DNA of 27,646 bases from a virus (lineage: Duplodnaviria; Caudoviricetes): the IMG/VR virus record IMGVR_UViG_3300032235_000562, positions 1-27,646 of that record; one strand, written 5' to 3'. Under the pieces are notes generated by a model. The model was not told where the DNA came from and did not search any database. It saw only the letters and a program-made list of their open reading frames with translations. Shown here one piece after another: positions 15,918 through 26,241 of the stretch. Positions within the stretch are counted from its first letter, which is position 1; every line of letters begins with the position of its first letter. Both the position numbers and the translations under genes were made by a program.

Positions 15918-16611
15918 CTTCATCAGTTGTAGATAAAAAGTCTAAAATGTCTTCTGATTGTGTTATTTCGTTATCCAATTTATCTAAAGTTTGATCATAT
16001 CCCCATTTTTGCAATTCAAATTGAAATCTCTTCCCTTTTAGAGTATTTACTTTTTGAATCAAATCATCTCTTTGTGTCTGTTTAGTAGTTATAGTAGCAT
16101 TTAAAGTTGCTATTGAATTTGCATATCCAACACAAGTAACAATACCAGGGAAATCATAATAAGTTCCAATTGCAACAGGGTTTATATAATTTTCTGTTCC
16201 AATTCCTATATTAGATATGTTTAATGGACCACTTACAGGATTAAATGGATTTGTGCCATTTAATCCCCATCCACGATACCTAAGTCTATCTTCATAGACA
16301 TTAATTGTATTAATGCCAACGGTGCCACATCCAACAGAATTGGCAGTTTGACCTATTGAAAGGACTGCATTTTGTAACTGCTTAATACTATCGTTAATTT
16401 CAATAATTTTGGTATCAATACATTTTATAGGTGGATCAAAATTATCTAAAATTTCAACAACTCCCCAAACTTTGATATCTGGGGTCCCATCTGGCTGAGT
16501 TATTGTATATCCCACTTTAGTTTGTTCAATTTGATCTTTTTGATTAATATCATTTGATTTTTTACTTTCATAATATTCAATCAAGTTTTGGGTATATGTA
16601 CTGATACTCAT
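15907..16611 (-). CDS. hypothetical late (probably virion) protein with coiled coils
   Basis: 234-aa ORF with heptad-like segments and an IGIGT motif like those in the neighbouring fibre genes; late promoter upstream and terminator downstream. Confidence 0.7.
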   Translation of the reverse strand: MSISTYTQNLIEYYESKKSNDINQKDQIEQTKVGYTITQPDGTPDIKVWGVVEILDNFDPPIKCIDTKIIEINDSIKQLQNAVLSIGQTANSVGCGTVGINTINVYEDRLRYRGWGLNGTNPFNPVSGPLNISNIGIGTENYINPVAIGTYYDFPGIVTCVGYANSIATLNATITTKQTQRDDLIQKVNTLKGKRFQFELQKWGYDQTLDKLDNEITQSEDILDFLSTTDEDCL

Positions 16612-16634
16612 ATTTTCAAAAATATTAATAATCC

Positions 16635-16650
16635 TATTTATTGATAAATA
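16635..16650. promoter_or_regulatory. back-to-back divergent late promoters
   Basis: TATTTAT-tg-ATAAATA gives ATAAATA on both strands in the gap between the divergent genes at 16611 and 16684. Confidence 0.75.
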
Positions 16651-16683
16651 AATCAGAAGAAAATTTAGTAGGATAATCTCAAA

Positions 16684-19600
16684 ATGCCTTTAGCGAGACT
16701 CGAAAATTTACTAAAAAATCTTAATGGCAATATTTTATATGTTGATCCTGGTCAATTGGATTCAACAGATTCCATTGAGAACAGAGGAAATTCTGCCTTA
16801 AGACCGTTCAAAACTATTCAAAGAGCACTTCTTGAGGCAGTGAGATTTTCTTATGTGCAAGGTGCAAATAACGACTTATTTGACCAGACTACGATTTTAA
16901 TCTCTTCTGGAACTCATTACATTGATAATCGTCCTGGATATTATGTTGATGGCAATACTGTAAAATCCTACGGAGGTTCAGTTACATCAATTCCAGAATT
17001 GAATTTGCAGAGTGTTTTTGACATTACTGACCCATCAAACGAGTTATACAAATATAATAGTGCTGATGGTGGAGTAATTATTCCTAAAGGAGTTTCAATT
17101 GTTGCAAGTGATCTTAGGAAAACTAAAGTAAGACCAAGATATGTACCATCACCAACAGATGCATTAATTGATCGCAGTTCCATCTTCAAATTAACGGGTG
17201 CTTGCTACATTTATGGATTTTCAATCTTTGATGGAGATCCTAATGGAAATGTTTATTCATCTCCAACGTCAACATTTGAAACACCACCTAGTTATTCTCA
17301 CCATAAACTGACAGCATTTGAGTATGTTGATGGCAAAAATAAATATGTGAAAAATGGGGTCACTCTTGATAAGACTGACCTTGAAATGTATTATTATAAA
17401 GTTTCTAAAGGATTTGGACAAAACTCTGGAATCCCAGTAATTATTGATTGGGGAGTAAATGCATCTCCAGACTTGTATCCAAATATCGAAGAAAATAGAA
17501 TCGTTGGTGATCTTGGACGTGGTGCCATTGCTATTGACACACTTTATGCAGGAAATGGTGTCGATATTTCTTCAAATATTGTAACTGTAACAACCACAAG
17601 CAATCATAATTTATCTCCAAATACATCCATTTTAATTTCGAATATAGGAGCAAATGTTCAGGAAAGGTCGGAATATAATGGAGCATTCACTGTAGCACAA
17701 ATAGTAAATTCAACACAATTTACTTATAGACTTTCTGATAATCCAGAATCTACATTAGCACCAACAATAACCAGTGATGCCATAGTTACAACTGTATCAG
17801 ATACAGTATCTTCAAGTTCTCCATATGTATTCAATTGCAGTCTAAAGTCTGTTTATGGTATGAATGGACTTCATGCCGATGGATCAAAAGCAACTGGATT
17901 TAAGAGTATTGTAACTGCACAATTTACTGGCATTTCACTTCAAAAGGATGATAATGCATTTGTAGTTTATAATGAAGATTCTGGAACATATAATGATCAA
18001 TCTGCATATCCAGATGAATTTTTACACCAAAATTCCAGATCAGTATATAAACCATCTTGGGAAAGTTATCACATTAAGGCATCAAATGATGCATTTATCC
18101 AATGTGTATCTATTTTTGCAATTGGATATTCTAAGCATTTCATAGCAGATAATGGTGGTGATCAAAGCATTACCAACTCAAATAGTAATTTTGGTGCTAT
18201 TGCACTTTCTGCAAGAGGATTTAAGGATTATGAATTAGAAAAAGATAATCATGGATTTATTACTCACATAGTTCCACCGAAAGAAATTTCATCTGATGAA
18301 AGTATTATTAGATGTTTACCAATAGATTCTCAAAAAACTGCAGACTTAGCATCTAGTAATTCAAACACCAGAATTTATCTAGAAGGTTATGATAATTCTT
18401 TAGATGTTCCCCCAACAAATTTTAAAGGATTTACTATTGGTGGCAGACAAAATGACAAAATTTATATCAATTCTTTTGGAGTTTCAATTGGTGCAACCGT
18501 ATCTCCAAATTATAAGATAGACGTAGAAATTTCTTCGATTGATATTGCCACGGATACTATTACATTATCCCAATCACTTTCTGTTGGGACAATAACTGGA
18601 ATTAATACATCCCAAGCAGTTAGAATTATATCAAACAATGGTATTCTTCCAGATGGTATTGAACCGCAAAAAATATATTATGTGCATTCTTCAGGATTAA
18701 CATCAACTCAACTCAAGTTATCAGAAAATGAATCAAATACCTCAGTTGTTAACATTAGAACTAATATTGGGGTTACAACTAGCAATTTAAGACTTGTAAG
18801 TAAAGTATCTGATAGACTTGCTGGACAACCTGCATGTCCAATTCAATTTGATGAACAAAATTCTAAATGGTATATTAGTATTCAATCAAATCCTGCATTT
18901 GTAACTGCAGTATCTGACGCAATAAACAATCCAGTATTCTATATTAATAGAATTGTTGATAATAGAAGTTTAGACGATAAATTATATCGTGCAAGACTTG
19001 TAATTCCAAAAGATTCCTCTTCAAATGCTTCGGAACCATCAACTGGATTTATATTACAAAGATCATCTTCAGCACTTTCTGAAAATTATACTCTACCAAA
19101 TTCCTTAGTTTCAATTTCCGAATCTAGAAATACAAATCAAATTGTTGATGCATGGATTGATGCTGGATCTCCAAATATTGCAAATATTATAACAAAAACT
19201 CCACACAATTTAAAATCTGGAAATTCTGTAAACATTTATAATTTAAAGAGTTCGAATGAACCAGCACCAGTTGGTCTTGGGACAGGAACTGGATTTAATG
19301 GATCTTTTGTAGTTGATTCAGTAATCAATGATCTACATTTTACATATACACTTGATATAAATCCTGGAACAATTACAACAACTGGAACAACATCTAATAC
19401 TTGGTTATCAGCAAGAAATTGTTCCTCTTCTTCATATAGAGTTCCACCATATACAATTGATGACGATACAGCAGTTAGAGGAAACTTACCATATTTTACT
19501 TGTGAATCTATTAATACTGATTATCAAATTTATAAAGTAAATACAATTCAAAAATATTCTTATGGAGTTTCCGATGGTGTTTATTATGTAACATTAAATG

Positions 19601-21801
19601 CATTTAAAAATACTCCATCTGTTTCTCCATTTAATACTAACGATTTAAAACTTTCCCAAAGTATTGAAAATCTATATCCAGTCTCAGATTTAGATAATAT
19701 AAATTCGGATCCACTTCCAACCAAAACTGTTGCATCAAGAAAAGTAATTGGAACAGTTAATATCAATGATCCCGAAAATAGTGTATCCAAAGAAACTACA
19801 TCAGAATTCTTTAAAGATTTTGGTATTGGTGCCGAAATTTCTTCAATTTCAAAGTCTGGGTCAACTTGCACAGTTACAACTACTAGAAATCATGGATTAG
19901 GTGGAGTCCAGTCCCTAAGCATTCCTGGGGGATCTGCTGGCACTGGTTTTGTAAATGGAACTTGGTATGATATTCCATTGTGTGGTGGAGATGGTTCCAA
20001 TGCAACTGCAAATGTTGAGGTCAATGGTGGTGCAGTTACTTTTGTTACTATTTCATATCATGGTTCTGGGTATACTCAAGGAAATACATTAACAATAAGA
20101 GGAATTCCTCATTCATCTACAAATGGATCAAGTATTACAGTAGATGTAGCATCAGTATTTTCTGGAACTAAGTCAATTCAAATTATTGGAACAAATAATT
20201 TTGGTAACGATGGATTTTTCCCAATCACATCATTTACTGAAAATACCATTTCATATTTAAATTCAAATGGTTCTGTAGAAAGTTCTTCTGGAGTTGCAAT
20301 TTTCTCTGGAGAAGGAGTATCAGTAACTTCTTCAACTTATGATCCCCAAACTCAAAGATCTCTAATTACAACTATTTTACCACATTCAATTGCTGTTGGT
20401 AATAAAGTATATTTCTCATCAATACCATCAAATACATTTAATGTAATTGGAGTTGCATCATCTACTACATTTGCTGTAGATGGAGATGCATCACAAGCAG
20501 CAAATTATAACGTATTTACAGTTTCATTATCTCCATCATTAAAGAATTCGGATATAGTGAATGAAAATCTTTCTTCAAGACAATATCCATTAATCGGAGA
20601 ACTTTCAGTTAGAACCCAAGATAATGGGACTGGAGATATTGGATTAGATTCACTATCATTTTCTGTGTCAAATTCTCGTGGATTTGAGAAATCTGATTTT
20701 ATTCAAATTGACGATGAAATAATGATGATAACAAATATTGCTGGTAGCAGCATTTCTGTGTTGAGAGGATTATTTAATACTAAAGCAGTTGCACATTCTA
20801 GAAATAAATTAGTTAAAAAAATTAATCCAATTCCAGTTGAATTGAGAAGAAATTCCATTCTTCGTGCATCTGGACATACTTTTGAATATACGGGATTTGG
20901 TCCTGGAAACTATTCAACAGGTATGCCAACAAATCAAAATAGAGTTTTAAGTCGTGAAGAAGTATTAATTTCACAATCACTTTCAACTCGTGGTGGTATT
21001 GTTCTCTATACTGGAATGAATAGTGATGGAGAATTTTATATTGGAAGAAAGAAATTTAATGCACTCACTGGAGAAGAAGAATTACTTGGAATTCCAGAAG
21101 CAGAAAGTGTGTCCAATTACTTTGAGGATTTAACTGCTAATAATTTAACAGTTATAAATGAATTAGATGCATCAACTGCAAATGCAACAATAAAAAACCT
21201 GACAGTCACAGAAACTTTAACTGCCAATGTAACTGGTGACGTAACTGGTAATGTAACTGGAGAAATTAATACTGCTACTTTTAGTACTAATGCATCTGGT
21301 GTTGTAGTGACTGGAATTGCCACTGCAACAACATTTGTAGGAAATGGAATAACTCCAATTGGGGGAATTATTATGTGGTCAGGAGCCACTGTTCCAACAG
21401 GATGGCAATTGTGCAATAATACATTAATTGCATCAGGTCCACTTGCTGGACAATTAACTCCAAACCTAGTGAATAGATTTATCGTAGGTGCTGGTAATTT
21501 AGTTGCAGTAGGTGCTACTGGTGGTAGTGCTAATGCAACTCTAGTATCTCACAGCCACACAGCAACTTCAACAGTTTCAGATCCTGGGCACAGTCACGAC
21601 GTTACTGTCCCAGCATCTGGAAGTTATCGAGTTCAAGGAAATGATCTACAAGTTCCGACTAGAACAGATGGATCTTATACGACCACAAATGAAATTACTG
21701 GTATTACAGTTGCAACTACAATCAATCCCGAAGGATCTTCTGGAGAAAATGCAAATCTTCCTCCATACTATGCACTTGCCTTTATTATGAGAGTTTCATA
21801 A
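16684..21801 (+). CDS. large virion structural / tail-fibre protein with beta-helix-like core and C-terminal tail-collar domain
   Basis: LYVDP.....GNSALRPFKTIQRAL, SPYVFNCS and ITNSNSNFG motifs; repeated VTT...H.L..G..V modules; C-terminal PIGGIIMWSG..VPTGWQLCN..PNL.NRFIVGAG..HSH..NLPPYYALAFIMR. Confidence 0.8.
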   Translation: MPLARLENLLKNLNGNILYVDPGQLDSTDSIENRGNSALRPFKTIQRALLEAVRFSYVQGANNDLFDQTTILISSGTHYIDNRPGYYVDGNTVKSYGGSVTSIPELNLQSVFDITDPSNELYKYNSADGGVIIPKGVSIVASDLRKTKVRPRYVPSPTDALIDRSSIFKLTGACYIYGFSIFDGDPNGNVYSSPTSTFETPPSYSHHKLTAFEYVDGKNKYVKNGVTLDKTDLEMYYYKVSKGFGQNSGIPVIIDWGVNASPDLYPNIEENRIVGDLGRGAIAIDTLYAGNGVDISSNIVTVTTTSNHNLSPNTSILISNIGANVQERSEYNGAFTVAQIVNSTQFTYRLSDNPESTLAPTITSDAIVTTVSDTVSSSSPYVFNCSLKSVYGMNGLHADGSKATGFKSIVTAQFTGISLQKDDNAFVVYNEDSGTYNDQSAYPDEFLHQNSRSVYKPSWESYHIKASNDAFIQCVSIFAIGYSKHFIADNGGDQSITNSNSNFGAIALSARGFKDYELEKDNHGFITHIVPPKEISSDESIIRCLPIDSQKTADLASSNSNTRIYLEGYDNSLDVPPTNFKGFTIGGRQNDKIYINSFGVSIGATVSPNYKIDVEISSIDIATDTITLSQSLSVGTITGINTSQAVRIISNNGILPDGIEPQKIYYVHSSGLTSTQLKLSENESNTSVVNIRTNIGVTTSNLRLVSKVSDRLAGQPACPIQFDEQNSKWYISIQSNPAFVTAVSDAINNPVFYINRIVDNRSLDDKLYRARLVIPKDSSSNASEPSTGFILQRSSSALSENYTLPNSLVSISESRNTNQIVDAWIDAGSPNIANIITKTPHNLKSGNSVNIYNLKSSNEPAPVGLGTGTGFNGSFVVDSVINDLHFTYTLDINPGTITTTGTTSNTWLSARNCSSSSYRVPPYTIDDDTAVRGNLPYFTCESINTDYQIYKVNTIQKYSYGVSDGVYYVTLNAFKNTPSVSPFNTNDLKLSQSIENLYPVSDLDNINSDPLPTKTVASRKVIGTVNINDPENSVSKETTSEFFKDFGIGAEISSISKSGSTCTVTTTRNHGLGGVQSLSIPGGSAGTGFVNGTWYDIPLCGGDGSNATANVEVNGGAVTFVTISYHGSGYTQGNTLTIRGIPHSSTNGSSITVDVASVFSGTKSIQIIGTNNFGNDGFFPITSFTENTISYLNSNGSVESSSGVAIFSGEGVSVTSSTYDPQTQRSLITTILPHSIAVGNKVYFSSIPSNTFNVIGVASSTTFAVDGDASQAANYNVFTVSLSPSLKNSDIVNENLSSRQYPLIGELSVRTQDNGTGDIGLDSLSFSVSNSRGFEKSDFIQIDDEIMMITNIAGSSISVLRGLFNTKAVAHSRNKLVKKINPIPVELRRNSILRASGHTFEYTGFGPGNYSTGMPTNQNRVLSREEVLISQSLSTRGGIVLYTGMNSDGEFYIGRKKFNALTGEEELLGIPEAESVSNYFEDLTANNLTVINELDASTANATIKNLTVTETLTANVTGDVTGNVTGEINTATFSTNASGVVVTGIATATTFVGNGITPIGGIIMWSGATVPTGWQLCNNTLIASGPLAGQLTPNLVNRFIVGAGNLVAVGATGGSANATLVSHSHTATSTVSDPGHSHDVTVPASGSYRVQGNDLQVPTRTDGSYTTTNEITGITVATTINPEGSSGENANLPPYYALAFIMRVS

Positions 21802-21836
21802 ATAGTCTTATATGTAGGGGGATAGTGGAACCCAAT
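21798..21836 (+). promoter_or_regulatory. late promoter plus conserved 20-nt leader element (copy 1)
   Basis: ATAAATA (21798-21804), then GGGGGATAGTGGAACCCAAT (21817-21836) overlapping the ATG at 21835. Confidence 0.75.
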
Positions 21837-24800
21837 GGCATCACAAGACACATTCTTTAAAGTTAAAACTGGTCTAGGTGTAGGCACCGACACTTTATAT
21901 GCTGATGCTCAGTTAAGAAAAGTTGCTATTGGTGCAACTGAAGGTGACTATGCACTTGATGTATACGGCACAATTTATAGTGATGTTGATATTCTTGTTG
22001 ATAACAATATTGGTATTGGAACTACTGTCCCACTCCAAAGATTAGATGTAAGGGGGGTTGGAATATTTACAGGGGTTGGCATTGCAACAACCAATCCCGT
22101 TCAAAATTTTCAAGTAAATCCAACAGGACAAAATCCAGTTGTTATTACTGGATTTGGATCTCTAGGAATAAATAATGCCTATCCAGCACAGAAATTTCAT
22201 TTATCTGGAAATGATGTTGGTGAAAGTGTTGTAATAACTGGGTTCTCTTCTATTGGAATAAGAGTTCTGAATCCAGAATATGATATTCATTATAAAAATG
22301 CAGATGATAATTATGATATTGTAGTTGATTCCCAAGGATTTATTGGTTTCAATGTTTTAAATCCAGAATATAATGTAGATATTGCTGATGATTTAAGAGT
22401 ATCTGGATTTGCTACTATAACAACGGAATTTGTAGGAATCTCTACAATAGGAGTAGCATCGATTACTAGAGAGGTTGTAGGGTTCTCCACAATAGGTATT
22501 GCTTCTATTACCAATGAAGTTGTAGGAGTCTCCACAATAGGAGTAGCATCGATTACTAGAGAGGTTGTAGGGTTCTCCACAATTGGTATTGCTTCCATTA
22601 CCAATGAAGTTGTAGGAGTATCAACAATTGGTATTGCTTCTATTACCAATGAAGTTGTAGGAGTATCAACAATAGGTATTGCTTCTATTACCAATGAATT
22701 TGTAGGCATTTCTACTATTGGAATTGCTTCTATTACTCAAGAGGTTGTAGGGGTTTCTACTATTGGTATTGCTTCTATTACTCAAGAGGTTGTAGGAGTA
22801 TCAACAATAGGTATTGCTTCTATTACCAATGAAGTTGTAGGAGTATCAACTATTGGCATTGCTTCTATTACTCAAGAGGTTGTAGGGGTTTCTACTATTG
22901 GTATTGCTTCAATTACTAGAGAGGTTGTAGGGTTCTCCACAATTGGTATTGCTTCTATTACCAATGAATTTGTAGGTATTTCTACTATTGGTATTGCTTC
23001 TATTACCAATGAATTTGTAGGAGTATCAACTATTGGTATTGCGTCTATTACTGAAGAATTTGTAGGAGTATCAACTATTGGTATTGCTTCTATTACGAAT
23101 GAATTTGTAGGTATTTCTACTATTGGTATTGCTTCTATTACCAATGAATTTGTAGGAGTATCAACTATTGGTATTGCCTCCATTACCAATGAAGTTGTAG
23201 GAGTATCAACAATAGGTATTGCTTCTATTACTCAAGAGGTTGTAGGGGTTTCTACTATTGGCATTGCTTCTATTACTAGAGAAAAAGTTTTAAATTCTGA
23301 AATTGAAAATCTTTTAGTTACAGGAATCACCACAACAGCAAAACTTGATGTTGGAATAGGTGCGACGTTAATTCGTGCTAGGGGATTTGGGTTTACAACA
23401 GTAACCGATTTAGAAGGAAATCTAATCAAAGAAATTAGACCAATTGTTGGAATTAATACAACAATTCCAACAAGAACTCTTGATATTGAAGGTGATTTAA
23501 GAGTTCGTGGGGAAATAATAGATTCAAATAATCAAGTTGGATATGCATATTCAGTTCTTGCATCTTCTGGTGCAATTAATATTAGTGGAAGATTCATTGA
23601 TGCAGCAAATCTTCTCATAAGGAATAAAGAATTCATTGCTGAAGAAATTGTTGGATTTATCACAGCAACAAATGGATTATTTGGAATATATGGACCTAAT
23701 TTTGATTATGGTCCAATAGGAGTTCAAACAGGAAGATCTAAATGTAAAAGGGATATTGGTCTAATTATCGATTCTATTGCATTTGATATTACCAAAGGTG
23801 GAAATTCTAAATCAGTCGGTGCTGGAGTATCTTATTCATTAGGCAATTACTTAGAAAGCAGCAATCCTGCACCAGCTGGATTAGATGGATACAGTGGAGG
23901 ATATGTAAAATATGCAACTATTGCTGGAATTAGTTCAATTGCCACACTAGCACAGTATGTTATTAATAACAGCAGACCTCCAATTTCATATCAATCAGGA
24001 GTTTCAAGTGTAAGTCAGTTAATTGACACTCAAATTGCTCCTGATGGAGACTCAAATACAAATATTAATGGATGTTCAAACGTAGTATCAGCAATTCATA
24101 GTGCTGTAGGAATTGTTACTACAATTATTGGAGTTGGATTTACTGCTTCTGGAATTACAACTAATTACCCATCAGGAGAATTAGTTTGGCAACCACCTGG
24201 ACCAAGAATTGGAAATGAGTGGTTTGTAAACAAACTTGGAGATGATTCAAATGGTGGAACTGGACCAGGAAATGCATTCTTAACTATTAAGAAGGCAGCA
24301 TCAATCGCACAACCAGGAGATACTATTAAAGTATATGCTGGACTTTATATTGAAGATGGTCCAATTCAGTTAAATGAAAGAGTTGCAGTCGTTGGAGAAG
24401 ATCTTAGAAGAACTCTAGTAACAACTAGAGATAAGACAGACCTCTTCTATGTCAAGAGAGGATGTTATGTATCTCAAATGTCTTTTGTTGGTGAAGCAAA
24501 TCCAGGAAAGGCAATGGTTTCATTCCCAACTCAGGGATATGGATATGCTGATGGAACTGAAGAAAATTGGCAGTCTCCTTATGTTCAGAATTGCACAAAC
24601 TTTGTTCCAGAAAGCATTGGAATGAGAATTGATGGCAACAGAGCTGGTGGATTTAAGTCCATGGTTCTTGATGCATATACTCAATATAATCAGGGTGGAA
24701 TTGGAGTTTCTATTACCAACTTCGGATATGCTCAATTAGTTTCACTCTTTACTATTTGTTGTGACACTGCAGTATTCTGTGATAGTGGTGGTGTTTGTGA

Positions 24801-26235
24801 CCTCAATAACTCAAACTCTTCGTTTGGAAATTATGGATTAGTTTCCAATGGTGCAACTCCTCTCCAGTATACTGGAACTGTGATTCAAAATCCTTCTGGT
24901 GATAATGTAGATTCACTAGTAATTAATGTTGGAGTTGGAGCATCTCAAGAATTTAAAGATTCTGTAACAATTTTAAGAGCAAATAGAGATTTTATTGCAT
25001 CAGAGGTTGTTGGATATATCACATCATCAACTGGTCCATTTGGTGCTGCTGGAACTACATTTGATTATGGTGGTTCAGTAAATGGAAGAGATTTTTGTAG
25101 AAGAGATTCTAAAATTATTGTTGATCAAATTTGTTCAGATATTTTAAGTCTAGGCAATCTTAACTCAATTGATGCTGGATTAGCATATAGAGATTCTGCA
25201 GATGGATCATTGACATATTTAAATGAAACTTCACCACCACCAGTAGGATTTTCTACTGGATATGTTAAACAAGCAGAAATTGCTGCAATTCAATATATTG
25301 CTGGAATTTCTACTTATATCGTAAGAAATCTTGACGTTCCCGTAGTATATCAATCAGGAATTGGATCATTCTCACAAGTGAAAGTTTCGGGAATGACCAC
25401 ATCCTCATTAATTGATTCGTTTATTTCATCTCGTGCAGGAATTATTACAAGTATCATTGGCATTGGAACTCAAGCAGTTCCAGAAAAAATCCTTCCAAAA
25501 GGTCAAAGACCTTATGATGGTCAAATTGCAGTTGTTGGAACCCAATATTATTTTGTAAGTAGAATTGAAATCACTAACCCAGGATCTGGGTATGATCCAA
25601 ACGTTCCAGTTAATGTAACTATTAGTTTACCACCAGAAAATCCAGATCTGTTTATTCCAGCAGAGGCTGCTATTTTTGAAAGTAACGTATCTACAGCAGG
25701 AACAATCACTTCAGTTGACGTTCTTGTTGGTGGAACTGGGTATGGAGCAACTGGTGTTCAAGTAACCATAGACGCACCAGCACCTGGAGGAACAAGAGCA
25801 GAAGCAGTCGCAGTTATGGAGAAATTATTCTTTAACCCTGTAGCATCAACTCAAGTTTCTGCTGGTGGAACAACTACAGTCACTTTTGATGAGTTTATTA
25901 CATACGCAGTCCAACCTCTTGTTAGTGTTGGAACTACAGTGTATTTCTACCAATCAAGTAAGATTATTGCAAGTAGCATCACATTTGAATATATTGGCAC
26001 AGGTATAAATATTGTAAATGCTATCCCATCAAAGGGTGCAGTTCCAATTGATGAAAACCAAATAGTTGCTACAAATGGAGGAAAAGTTCCATTCACGAGC
26101 ACAGACCAAAGTGGAGACTTTAGAATTAGTGAAGGTATCACAATCAACCAGAATACTGGAACAATTAGTGGTCAAGCATTTAGTAAGAGTCTTCAAGCAG
26201 AAGTAACACCATTAATTATTGCATTACAATCATAA
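21835..26235 (+). CDS. large tail-fibre-like virion protein with 15-aa tandem repeats and beta-helix-like C-terminal half
   Basis: N-terminal IGIGTT.P...LDV.G fibre repeats, 19 x 15-aa repeats, two C.RD helical modules, and FVNK.GDDSN.G.....AFLTIKKA, SPYVQNCT and LNNSNSSFG motifs. Confidence 0.8.
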   Translation: MASQDTFFKVKTGLGVGTDTLYADAQLRKVAIGATEGDYALDVYGTIYSDVDILVDNNIGIGTTVPLQRLDVRGVGIFTGVGIATTNPVQNFQVNPTGQNPVVITGFGSLGINNAYPAQKFHLSGNDVGESVVITGFSSIGIRVLNPEYDIHYKNADDNYDIVVDSQGFIGFNVLNPEYNVDIADDLRVSGFATITTEFVGISTIGVASITREVVGFSTIGIASITNEVVGVSTIGVASITREVVGFSTIGIASITNEVVGVSTIGIASITNEVVGVSTIGIASITNEFVGISTIGIASITQEVVGVSTIGIASITQEVVGVSTIGIASITNEVVGVSTIGIASITQEVVGVSTIGIASITREVVGFSTIGIASITNEFVGISTIGIASITNEFVGVSTIGIASITEEFVGVSTIGIASITNEFVGISTIGIASITNEFVGVSTIGIASITNEVVGVSTIGIASITQEVVGVSTIGIASITREKVLNSEIENLLVTGITTTAKLDVGIGATLIRARGFGFTTVTDLEGNLIKEIRPIVGINTTIPTRTLDIEGDLRVRGEIIDSNNQVGYAYSVLASSGAINISGRFIDAANLLIRNKEFIAEEIVGFITATNGLFGIYGPNFDYGPIGVQTGRSKCKRDIGLIIDSIAFDITKGGNSKSVGAGVSYSLGNYLESSNPAPAGLDGYSGGYVKYATIAGISSIATLAQYVINNSRPPISYQSGVSSVSQLIDTQIAPDGDSNTNINGCSNVVSAIHSAVGIVTTIIGVGFTASGITTNYPSGELVWQPPGPRIGNEWFVNKLGDDSNGGTGPGNAFLTIKKAASIAQPGDTIKVYAGLYIEDGPIQLNERVAVVGEDLRRTLVTTRDKTDLFYVKRGCYVSQMSFVGEANPGKAMVSFPTQGYGYADGTEENWQSPYVQNCTNFVPESIGMRIDGNRAGGFKSMVLDAYTQYNQGGIGVSITNFGYAQLVSLFTICCDTAVFCDSGGVCDLNNSNSSFGNYGLVSNGATPLQYTGTVIQNPSGDNVDSLVINVGVGASQEFKDSVTILRANRDFIASEVVGYITSSTGPFGAAGTTFDYGGSVNGRDFCRRDSKIIVDQICSDILSLGNLNSIDAGLAYRDSADGSLTYLNETSPPPVGFSTGYVKQAEIAAIQYIAGISTYIVRNLDVPVVYQSGIGSFSQVKVSGMTTSSLIDSFISSRAGIITSIIGIGTQAVPEKILPKGQRPYDGQIAVVGTQYYFVSRIEITNPGSGYDPNVPVNVTISLPPENPDLFIPAEAAIFESNVSTAGTITSVDVLVGGTGYGATGVQVTIDAPAPGGTRAEAVAVMEKLFFNPVASTQVSAGGTTTVTFDEFITYAVQPLVSVGTTVYFYQSSKIIASSITFEYIGTGINIVNAIPSKGAVPIDENQIVATNGGKVPFTSTDQSGDFRISEGITINQNTGTISGQAFSKSLQAEVTPLIIALQS
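22426..23280 (+). repeat. 19 tandem 45-bp coding repeats
   Basis: Units encode E[VF]VG[VIF]STIG[IV]ASIT[NQRE]; 855 bp = 19 x 45 with no indels. Confidence 0.97.
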
Positions 26236-26241
26236 CCTATT

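Noticed and set aside
22311-23189. Repetitive minus-strand ORFs (22311-22709, 22872-23189)
   Set aside because: Mirror translations of the 45-bp array.
22426-23280. Possible CRISPR array or DGR template/variable repeat
   Set aside because: Units are contiguous with no unique spacers, in frame, and vary mostly at synonymous sites. There is no adenine-specific pattern and no cas or reverse-transcriptase gene in the window.
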